Assembly: GCF_009914755.1 (NCBI RefSeq)
Contig: NC_060927.1
Origin: the human T2T-CHM13v2.0 reference genome, Homo sapiens
Strand: one strand, 5' to 3'
Length of the DNA stretch: 64,000 nt
The notes under the pieces were generated by a model. The model ran no database searches, was not told the origin of the DNA, and saw only the letters and a list, made by a program, of their open reading frames with translations. Made by a program: the position numbers and the translations under genes. Below are positions 13,180 to 23,644 of this stretch, one piece after another; the stretch's first letter is position 1, and each line of letters starts with the position of its first letter.

Positions 13180-13497
13180 CAGTAGTTTCCTGCCCCCATA
13201 GCTTTTTCCCAGTTTTGTTTCTGTGGCTTCAGGTTTCGGTTACCAGTGGTACAGTATGACATTTTGAGAGACTGAGAGAAAGACTCATATAACTTTTACT
13301 ACAGTATATTGTTATAATTATCTTTTGTATTATTATTGTTGTTATTCTCATATTGTGCCTAGTTAATAAATAAATCTGTCACACATATGTATGCGTAGGA
13401 AAAAAAACATTACTTATAGGATTCAGTACTATCCAAGATTTCAGGCATCCACTGGGAGTCTTGGAATATATCCCCTATGAATAAGAGGGAAGTACTC
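13180..13497. mobile_element. MER44A-like (Tigger7-derived) MITE
   Basis: cagtagt... start; acagtatattgttataatt; tcaggcatccactgggagtcttggaatatatcccc...gtact end. Confidence 0.8.
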
Positions 13498-13499
13498 CA

Positions 13500-14070
13500 T
13501 TTATTTATTTAAGAAATATTTATTAAGAGTGTATTAAATCCCAAGGACTATTCTGTGCATTGGAATATAATGTGTTAAATAAACTCATTGCCCTGTGGAG
13601 CTTAGATATTAGTGGGAGATATACCCAAATAAGAAAACCAAAAATGTATAACCAAATTATAAGTAATGCTGTATTAAACAGGTGGCCTAGGATAATCTCT
13701 GGTAACAATCACCACATTTTACTAGTACACTGTAGCAAAGGTTTATTTCTTGATTATGAGAAGTCCACAGTGGCTAGTCCAGGCAGCTATCCAAATTTGC
13801 TGCCCTCAGCTTTCCAAGATGCTCCCTTCTTGCGGCTCCTTCATGTCAGCACGTGTTTCCACTAAAGAAGAATCAAACAGCAGCAGCTAAAAGCTTTTAC
13901 ATGTGTCACTGCTGCTTCATGTTTTATTGGCCTTGGCAAGTCACGTGGCCAGGCCTACTTTCAGTGGAGTGAGAAAATGTGAATCTTGGTAATCCCAGTG
14001 GTAACAAAGAACTGGATGTCCCTACCACAAGTATTAAATGCTATGAAAAATGGAGATAGAAAGAGAGGAT
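13500..14070 (-). mobile_element. L2 fragment interrupted by an old MLT1-type LTR (~13680-14030)
   Basis: aaatatttattaagagtg...gccctgtggagcttagat (L2); tattggccttggcaagtcacgtggccaggcct (MLT1J/K-like). Confidence 0.5.
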
Positions 14071-14910
14071 ACAGAACATGTAGTTTTTGCAAAGATGATA
14101 GAATAAAAATAGACATAATCCTTCATGTGTATTTTTGCTTTCTAACAAAGTATGTATTTCAGAAAAAAATTAAGACGATTTAAAGAAAACTATTTAATAA
14201 CTATTGTTACAAGTTGGTTCTCAGATATGAGAAAAAACATAAAGATTATACATGAATGGCTGGTGTTTAGAAATATAGAGTTGTTAAATCCATTTGAGGA
14301 CAGGGACAATAATATTTATATTGGTACCCTCAATTATTTAGGCACATAGTAAGTATTCAATAAAACGCTGTTGAAGTTAATAATTCTCATTGTTTTTATT
14401 TCTTCTTGCTTTTCTACCTGATTAAATGTCTCAAACTAAATTATGGTACAATTTTGTCCTGAGGTTTGATATTGTCTTTCAAGGCTAATTTTAATCATCT
14501 TTACATCAATATTTTTATATTCAACTATTGTTTAAATTTGGACCACATACACTTGAATCACTAGTTGTCTCTCCTAATTTGTCTTGGGTGTTTTCCTAAA
14601 CCATTGGTAAGTATTCTGCAGAGAAAAAAAAAGTTGTAACAGTACCTTAATGTTGGAATTTGAAATCTACCATTTTATATATATATATTTAAACAACTTT
14701 TATGTTTAACATTCCTTTGACAAGTGCTGTGTTGGAGAGGGATTTAATACATTTAAATAAAGTGGGCATAAAATGCAAAGATTTACAAAAATTCTTTCAA
14801 GGTCATGCATGTCCTTCTTAAAGATAGAAGGGTATATGTATGTAGTTTTTAGGGTAGTAGAATTACGGTTTGTCTTTCGATTTCTGTTCTTTTCTCTTGC
14901 TTTCCACTGA

Positions 14911-15219
<309 letters not shown>

Positions 15220-15432
15220 TGAATAAATCTTTATAATTTAAAACACAAATCATCCAAAGAAAGGACTCAGTTATTCTCTGAGTGGATAAGTCAAGAGCAA
15301 ACTAGAAGAGCATTCTCATCTCTACCCCGGTGACCTTCATTTCAGCATTTCGGTGCTATTGCTTCCCCATTTCCCAGTGGCAGGTCTGAGGCATCATCTC
15401 AGGCCCCTTAGTCAAAAACTTGTCCTACATCA

Positions 15433-15761
<329 letters not shown>

Positions 15762-16594
15762 TCAGTGCCTCTTCTGTCTAGCCTGTGAATCACGTGACCC
15801 AGTGAGAGTCTATGCCCTTTGATGCAGTTTGCTGTTCTTGGATTTGTATGAAATTTGTTGGTTAGTTGGCAAATAGGACACAGCTGTCTTCTGATTTAGA
15901 GAGTGCCTTAAACCAGTTACCTCCTACCTTAACTTGATCATTTAAATGGAAAGCGCTACTGCTCCAACAGAGCAGAAATGATATAAAAACTATTTCTGAT
16001 GTGAGTATCTTGCCTCCTGAATTGCCATGGCTACTGGTGTCTCTGAGGGAAGAAAATAAAAAATAAAAACACAGGTTTTACAATTCCCACAGGTGGTAAA
16101 CCTACTTTGCATTACTTAAGAAAAGCTTTGAAGGTGCAATGAGGGTTTTTAAGCTAATGACAATTTATGCCTAAAACATTACAATAATCCAACGAAATCA
16201 AATAGCATTTTAAAAAGTAACAATTTTATGTAGAAATTGCTGATAGCATCAACACATGCTGGGAACTTTACAGATAATGGGTTATATCAGTTTTGGCTGA
16301 GGAGTCATTTGGCCTTTCATTTGTAAATAAGACAGTATTCTTTTCCCTTTAAGGAGTATCTAGACCATGTATTAATGAAAGAGTATTTATATCCTTTGTC
16401 CATGGTGGCAGAATTAGCCAAAGCAATCTTGGATTTTGTTCTTACAAGATAGAACTTGGAGGAGCATTAATAGGTTGTTTAAATGACAGCATTCTATAGT
16501 TGAAGATGACTAGATGTAGAATCTGAATATTTGGATAAAGTCCTTGCTGTACTGTTAACTATCAATTAATTAGCTTTCCATATCAGTTCTTTAC

Positions 16595-17315
16595 TAAGGT
16601 TTATATGATCTGGCCCAAGGGTACCTCCCTAACCCCATTTTATGGTCTTTCCTCACTTGCTTCATTTCAGCCTCTGTGCCGGATCTTGCACATTCCAAAG
16701 ACACAGTCCCACTGCAGGCCGTTCTGTACTTACTGTTCCCTATGACTGGGATGTTTTTCCCCCATGTGCAGGCTGGCATTTGTTAAGCAGATCCAACATG
16801 GTACAAGGTGTTTTAAAAGCTTCATGTGTTTATCTGGGTTGGTTTTCTAAATAACTGTATGAAGTGAATAGTGATATTTGATGGATGAAGAAACTGAGGG
16901 AGATGAATGAAGAAGGGGCAGGATTGGAACCCAGGCAGTCTGGATGGGATCCAAGGCATTAACACGAAGTATTCTCACAGTGCACAATACCCAGAGAATG
17001 GTTCACACCCTTGCTTTGACCTTAGGAAAGCATTTTCCAAGGCTCTTCCTTGGAGAGCATTTTCCTATCTTGTTTAAAGTAGAATCTCTGTGACTTTGTT
17101 TCTCTTTACTCTGTTTCATATTTCCTTACAGCGCTTTGTATTTCCTGACATTATACTGCATATTTACTTCTTTATCCCTTTGTTTGTCCCCCCTTCCCCA
17201 CTAAATATAAACTCGATGAAAGAAGGACCTTGTTCTGATTCATGTGCCTCTATATCCTGCACCCAGGTCAATTCTTGACCTGTAACAGGGACTGAAATGT
17301 ACTGAAAGAGGGATG
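16595..17315 (+). mobile_element. L2a 3' region, interrupted by a MIR fragment (~16840-16960)
   Basis: tatgatctggccc...tactgttccctatgactgggatg; ccccactaaatataaactcgatgaaagaaggacc 3' end; gatgaagaaactgagg MIR core. Confidence 0.65.
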
Positions 17316-17349
17316 TAAGTCAGGTTGAAAAATTATTAATTATGTCTAA

Positions 17350-17880
17350 CATTTTATTCTTCAGACATTTACTGAACACCCATTTTGTGCTCAACTCTAT
17401 GCAAGTTTTTGGAAATATAAAGGCAAGTGAGAACAATGTGACCTCCTGCCCCCCTAGAGTTTAGAACATCATGGAAGAAACAAACAATAAGCAGGCAAAT
17501 ACATGTAGAATAAGCCTTCTATGAGGGCAAATATAAAGTGCAGCAGAGAAGGAAGGGTTTAGAGAAAGCTACTGTGAGGAGGTGATATCCATACTGAGAC
17601 CTGAAGGACAGGCTGAAGGGTAAAAGAGGTGGAGATGGACTTGGGAGAGCACTCCAGGAAGAGGGAATGACAGAAGCCTCTGAGAGCATGTTCCTGTCCT
17701 GAAAGTAGCTCAGAGTGACTCCGGTATAGGATGTGAGGGGCAGAGTTGAAAGTCCGAGACTAGAGTAGAAAGCCAGGGCCAGACAGGTCGTCAAGTGTCC
17801 TGAAACCTATTCCAAAGAGTCAGGACTTTATTGTTTGAGAAACGTGACACCACTGGAGGATTTTTAAATCAGTGTCATTT
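17350..17880 (-). mobile_element. L2 3' fragment
   Basis: acatttactgaacacccattttgtgc...ctgagacctgaagga...ccactggaggattttt. Confidence 0.7.
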
Positions 17881-18289
17881 TTAGTGTCTGATTCAGTGTA
17901 CTGCCTTCAGCCAGGAGAGTTGGCAGTATTTCTATTTTATAGATGGGACAACTGAGGCCCCAAATAATACATTTAAGAGATAGGTGGGGTTGATTTAATA
18001 TTCTCAATCACCATGTTGTCAGGGCCTCCTAACTCTTACCCTCTCACCCTCCATCCTTCCTTCCTTCTGATTGTTATTCTTGTCAAAAGTAAAACATAAA
18101 ACTATTTACCTGCCATCCTTATTTTTATCCAAGGAACACGTATGCACTCACACAGCTTCCAGAAACCAGTTCCCCTCGGTGGAAGCCAGTTGCTTTAGGG
18201 GTGGTGCGGCTTGTATGTGGATGGACACCATGTGTGCACTGAGCCCAAATTCTCTGTTCTTCTTGACTAGGAAGCTGGATTTGTACCAG

Positions 18290-18520
18290 GGACCTTTTAT
18301 CTAAATAGGAGACTCTGGGCTCAGGAGAACAGAGCCGACTTGACAAAGTAGAAAAGAGCTCAGTATTGGTCTGCCCACGCTTTGGGCATGCGTGAGCACT
18401 CGCAGCAAAACACAGCTGGCACATCTAATTTTAGCCTCGCCCGCCTTGAAAAGGGACCCTTTAAGGAAATATATTTTATCTGAAACAATTTGTATTATAA
18501 TGTAGCAGCTGATAGACATG
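18290..18520. promoter_or_regulatory. Upstream motif cluster (E-box, MEF2, CArG-like, GATA)
   Basis: CAGCTG at 18413-18418 and 18506-18511; CTAATTTTAG (YTAWWWWTAR) at 18425-18434; CCCTTTAAGG at 18457-18466 (one mismatch to CArG); TTATC/TGATAG GATA cores; retained CpGs. Confidence 0.4.
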
Positions 18521-18899
18521 ACAGAATATTATCATTGGTGGGAAAAAACTCTGCCAAGCAATTATGATTTTTGTTCTTTTTTTTTTAGATGATATCAGTA
18601 AAGTGATTAAAGCATCAATGCAACAAAATAATCATAAAGAGAGAGACAATGGGAGAAACAGATTTTATCTGTAAAATATCTGACGAACCTAAGGGGTCAC
18701 TTCCTTTGATTTTTTTTTTTTTTTTTTTTACAAAATGGATGTATTTTAAAAAAGTTATTATTTTTGATATGTTCAGTTGATCAGTCCAATCTGATGACAT
18801 GTGGCATTAATAGTAGTCCTGGAGTAGACCCTAAAATTTCTTCAATACTTAACATCCACCAAGTTTTCCAGGTAGTAAAAGGTTAGTTTCTCAATCAGC

Positions 18900-19440
18900 T
18901 CTTGGATGCGTCTGGCTCTAGCGTGTTAACAGATTTTGAAAGCATCCGGGACTTACTTTTTTCCCCTTTAACCAGCAAGGTTAGTTCCCCTGCCTTTATT
19001 TCTTTTCCTTTCTCCTCCTTCCTTCTTTCGTCCTCTCTTCCCTCTCTTCTGTGTTTTGTTTAGCAGTGTGGCTTACCTTGGAACTTGGCAAAAAGAGGAA
19101 CAAAAAGCAGCTCTTGTGTGGGGTAGATGGAGGAGGGATAAGAAATAATCCCCCGCCCGCATTTGAGTTCTTCAGGTTCAGTTCCAGCGGCAGCAGCGTT
19201 GCTGCAAAAATCGCTTGTTATTCGAGATAGCCAGCAGAGGGAATCGGAACTTTGCTTGCAGCAGGGGTTGAAGCAGCCTTTTTTTTTTTTTTTCTTGGAG
19301 GAAATACTGCAGCCTTCTGGACTGCGTACGCTGCTCCCTGGAGAGGTTCTCTCGGTTCCACCCACCGGCTGGAAGGAGGGGAAGTGAATGAAAGGACAGG
19401 ACAAGCCCCGAACACCATGTCACTCTGGGAGGGAGACAGC
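18900..19440. promoter_or_regulatory. Proximal, probably bidirectional RBMS3 promoter; no TATA box seen, only modest CpG
   Basis: GC box CCCCGCCC at 19151-19158, local CpG retention at 19150-19410, flanking poly(dT) tracts (18710-18729, 19279-19293), directly upstream of exon 1. Confidence 0.7.
19077..19400 (-). ncRNA. RBMS3-AS3: Candidate exon of an antisense/divergent lncRNA (RBMS3-AS3-like); 5' end approximate
   Basis: Strong minus-strand donor AAG|GTAAGC (plus strand gcttaccttg 19071-19080) and an alternative AAA|GTAAGT at 18951-18959. I recall an antisense lncRNA annotated at the RBMS3 5' end; the exon structure is inferred. Confidence 0.45.
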
Positions 19441-20041
19441 AGCAACTAAGCTGTACAAGGTTTTTTTTTTTTTTTTTTTTTCTTCCTTTTTTTCTTTTTT
19501 TTTTTCTTTTTCCCCTTTCTTTTTCTTTCTTTCTTTCTTTTTCTTTCTTTCTTTCTTTCTTTCTCTTTCTCTCTCTTTTTTTTCTTTTTCTTTAAGGTGG
19601 GGAAAGAGACAACCAAGAGACAGGAAGCTGATCTGCAAGGATTCGGAGTTGTGCTAAAAGGACTTTGATTTTTTTTCCCCCTTTACGAACGCTGGCAATT
19701 GACATCACTACAGACAGCCTGGTTAGAGAACAAACTGCCTCATCCCAAGTGGACCCCGGCAGCTGGGGGAAGCCAGGCAAGATCTGGGAAGGCTGTGTGT
19801 GGGTGTTTTTTCTACAGATCTCACTCCTCGCCCTTTTTTTTTTTTTCCTTTGGTGTGTGTTTTTTGTTTTGTTTTGTTTTTTAAAAAAATTCTTGCTGTG
19901 TTGGAACTAGCGAGTGGTGGAGTCTCTGAAGCCTCATCAGTCACCGGGACTGTCAGGAATAGTGGTTTAAGAGGAAGCTCGGCCTGGGGCACTATACCCT
20001 GTCATCCAGTTCCCTGCCTCGGAGATAAAGATTCCAGCTAC
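19430..20041 (+). other. RBMS3: RBMS3 5' UTR / non-coding part of exon 1 (5' boundary approximate)
   Basis: ATG-free stretch directly upstream of the start codon, GC-richer than its flanks, containing long U/pyrimidine tracts. The TSS cannot be fixed from sequence alone. Confidence 0.7.
19461..19593 (+). repeat. 133-nt pure polypyrimidine tract (T21 + (TTTC)n + CT)
   Basis: No purine between 19461 and 19593. Confidence 0.97.
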
Positions 20042-20116
20042 ATGGGCAAACGCCTGGATCAGCCACAAATGTACCCCCAGTACACTTACTACTATCCTCA
20101 TTATCTCCAAACCAAG
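20042..20116 (+). CDS. RBMS3: RBMS3 coding exon 1 (first 25 codons, phase 0); RNA binding motif single-stranded interacting protein 3
   Basis: ATG at 20042 translates to MGKRLDQPQMYPQYTYYYPHYLQTK, which I recognise as the RBMS3 N-terminus (similar to paralog RBMS1). It ends at a canonical donor AAG|GTATGG (20116/20117). Confidence 0.97.
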
Positions 20117-23100
20117 GTATGGCTTGACCCACGGTCTGGCGATCAGCGTGGTATCGTTCTGCACTTGGGATGGGAAACAGACAGGCGTGTGAATTATTAG
20201 TTAACCCCCACCCCCATCACTTCTTCCTGCTTCTTTGAAATTAGTGACATACCAATGGAGTTAATGAGGCAGAGGAAGACATAAGAAGAAAGCAGCAAAC
20301 CCGGAATTGTAGCTTTCTCTTTAAGGAGAGATAATAGTTTCACTTGAGTTCAGTTTCTTTGTTGTTATTTGGCAGCATAAATGGTCCTGATATCAGGAAC
20401 GTCTTTTGCAGATGGGCACGGTTTTTAGAAAGCAGATCACAACAGTGATTACCAGGCACAAGAATATAATTTCAGGGGCTTTTCTGGTGAGCTGTTCTTT
20501 GATTGTGGCTCTAAAAGGGTTTTTCCCACTGGATAGGACGTGCAACGGTGGGGGTAACTCAAACTTTTAATCGCAGGGTATAGAATGAAAGAAGGGTGTG
20601 AGAAGGTATAGGGCTCCTACCAGAGTCTCTGAGAGTTTATTTTTATTTTTAATTTGCCTTGCCTATTTTATTTTATGTTGAGGATGATCAGCATGCTACA
20701 GACTGCTTTACAATAGATGTTCTTTACTTTTAGAAGATCTATTTTTCTGTGTAGCTGCCATGAGGAGGCCTGAGTCTTGAAAAGGAATGAAATGTAACTG
20801 ATCATAATTGGACTTGAATTGGTTAAATACTTTAGGCTTTATGTGTGTGTGTCAAATGACCATTAGGGGCCCAGAGGCAAGCCCACGTAAGTAAGCAGTG
20901 GGCAGTACCTACCCTGAACTTTATCCTGCAGTTAAGACATGAAAGACTCTCAGGTGTGAAATCACTGCTCCGATTTGTCAATTAAATTGGACTTGATTAG
21001 GGGGAAAACATGTTAGCGGAGTGACCACCTCGAGTGTACGGGTGATATTATTTTGTATTGCATTAGCATTAGCCAGACTCCACCGTCTCCTTAATAAATA
21101 AATATGCCGAGAGTGAACAAGGCGTGCCTGAATGATCTATGCTGTCACCAGGACTCGGTGATGTGATTAGGGTTAGGTAATTCATGCTGTAGTTATCTGT
21201 CATTTATTTTGTCTCGTCCAGCAACGCCTATTTGTAAACCAGACTGGGAAGCAGACTTTCAGTATTATACAAAAGATTATTGCTTTGTTTTTTTCTTTTT
21301 CAATTGCTTTGTAATCCACCCTGCCCCTCCAAGGTCGACTCACACTGCTATTTGCCTTTGTGAGCATTTAGTTTGTGCTGCTGATGCTTAAATAGACTAG
21401 CCCTCCTGCTCGGTGCCTTAAGTTTTAACTCTTTGGGGGTGTTAGGTTGAGAATGCTGCCTGCCATTCCTCAAGGAAATGGCAGAGCAAGGACAAGTTAA
21501 AAGGGGAAAATTTACAGTCATTTCTCATGCCTCAACAAAACAAAAACAATAAACTCAAAGGTTGCATGAAAAATATCAGACATTCCATCCCTTTTACTCA
21601 TTTGGCTACATTTTTCCAAGTGTTTCAAAAATTACACTTTGTTTCGGGTCCTTGTTTTCTACTATGGTATATATTCAGAAAAGAAACTTTAGATTGAAAT
21701 GAATAACATAATTGTTTTTCTGTTTGAGACTTCTTTTAACCTATTACTAACAGGAAATAGTGAATGTTATGCACATTTTTTCAAAGACACAGGCTGCTGG
21801 ATGAGCTATACTAGTAGAAAGTGTGTGCGAGAGAGAGAAAGATGGGGGGTAAAGAGAGAGAGTGGAGTAGTGAGGGAAAAGAGAGGAGCCTGAAAAATAG
21901 GGAGATTGTAGATATCTGTTTTGGAGTTCTATGTAGTTTAGTGTTGTATAGACAGGCGGCATCTGGATCTTGTTACTCTCAAGCTAGCCAACACCTTGAA
22001 CTTCTGGAACATTTTTAAAGAAGTTAGATCCATTAGGCGTCCTATGTTGATATTTGGATAATCAGATCAGGATAGTAGGGAATATAAGATCAGCTATTTT
22101 GCCTATCATGGTAGTTCACATTGATTATTATGTTGTAAAATGTTGACAATGCTTTGAAGTTGTCCTGTATTGTTATGGTGGCTCTGAAATGACAGACATT
22201 AATAGCATTCCTGGAAGCTGAAGATGAGAAAATGTGCCCTGTTTTGAAACTTGCATAGAGAGGAAATGAGATGAAGAGTCAATGTGCAATCATATTTTAA
22301 AATGTGGGTACTGGGGATTTTCTGACAGGGTTAATACTATACAATGAAGTACCATCATGTTTCAGTGTAACAGGAAAACAACTGGGTTATTTCCACATCA
22401 CTTTTTGTTCCTTCTACACTTATACCTCAAAATATAATTTATAATCATTTTAAATGAAGTACATGCTGCTTATATTTATTTGGTAAGCCTGGGTGGAATT
22501 CATAAAATCCACTCTTTGTAGCCTTGGCTTGGAGTTATAATCCAATTTGAAATTCATAGCTATTTAAAATGATGCTGATATGTCAATAATACTTATGTTT
22601 GATGAAAATAGAGTCTACGGTAGGTAAAAATCGTATTCTGGTGATAACATATCTTAAATTTTTCTCTTAATTGAGGTAGGTTTTCTTCCTGCCAATCCAC
22701 AAGGGCTATTTACTATCATTAGTTTTTTGGGGAAAATCTTCATGGGATTTTAAAGGATTGAAATGTTTATTACTACATTATTTCAGAAAATGCACACATG
22801 CTGAACTCTCTTTTTCTACTTGTGTAATGATAAATACCTTTGCTATTTTTTAATGATAAAACAAAATGAAAATGAGATTTAAGAAATAAATGCAGATGTT
22901 TCCATTCCCTGGAATACATAGTAAAGTTTTAGAAGAACTTGCGACACTTCCCTGCCTTCTCTGCTCCTATTATTTTCCATTGCATTGGAATGAATCTCTC
23001 AACTTTGTTTCTTTAAAAGTAAATGTTTATGCTCCTTCAAATAATTTTTCAAATCCTTAAAATGTTATATATTAGAAAAATATACATGTAAGTTAAGATG

Positions 23101-23589
23101 AAAACCCAGTGGCTGACTCATATCTATAATGTGTAACAATGTTGTCATCCTGTGCTCCCTCTTTCACACCTCACCTCTTTAAAAAGTTGTCATTTGTCAA
23201 TTTTCTTTTTGATGAATTTTTCTTTTTTTTTTTTTTTTTTTTTTACCAAAAGAAGCAATTTCAAGGAGGAACATTACTTCGCTTAAGGAATAATGAAGAA
23301 ATCTTAGTGATATGTTGTAATATTTAAATAAGAAACAACCGGATGAAAAAATAGTTTATCAAGGCAAATTTGCTGTTTGGAAGGGACACCCAGAATAATC
23401 AGCAAGTTTTAGAGAAAAAGGGCTCAAAAAATAGTTCATTAGCTTAATGACAAAATACAAAATGTTTGATTAGTTGTAATCCAACATTTTTTAAGTATTT
23501 TATCACCCTTTCCAAAAAAAAAACAACCTGTTGCTGTTGACTTATGAGATCCCAGGTGAATTTCATTCTGAATTTTTGAGGTACTTGCC

Positions 23590-23644
23590 GGGGTGGGGTG
23601 GGGGTGGGGGTGGGGGTGGGGAGTAGGTGGGGGTGGATGGGGGG
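23590..23644 (+). repeat. (G4-5T)n repeat with G-quadruplex potential
   Basis: ggggtggggtgggggtgggggtgggggtggggagtaggtgggggtggatgggggg. Confidence 0.9.

Noticed and set aside
19460-19596. GT...AG-bounded 137-nt mini-intron made of the pyrimidine tract
   Set aside because: The donor GTTTTT is poor and there is no internal adenosine to act as branch point.
19388-19657. Phe-rich and Lys/Glu/Arg-rich ORFs on both strands
   Set aside because: Artefacts of the polypyrimidine tract.
20117-20200. Continuation of the 133-aa ORF past the RBMS3 donor (VWLDPRSG...)
   Set aside because: This is intronic read-through; RBMS3 similarity ends exactly at the GT donor.
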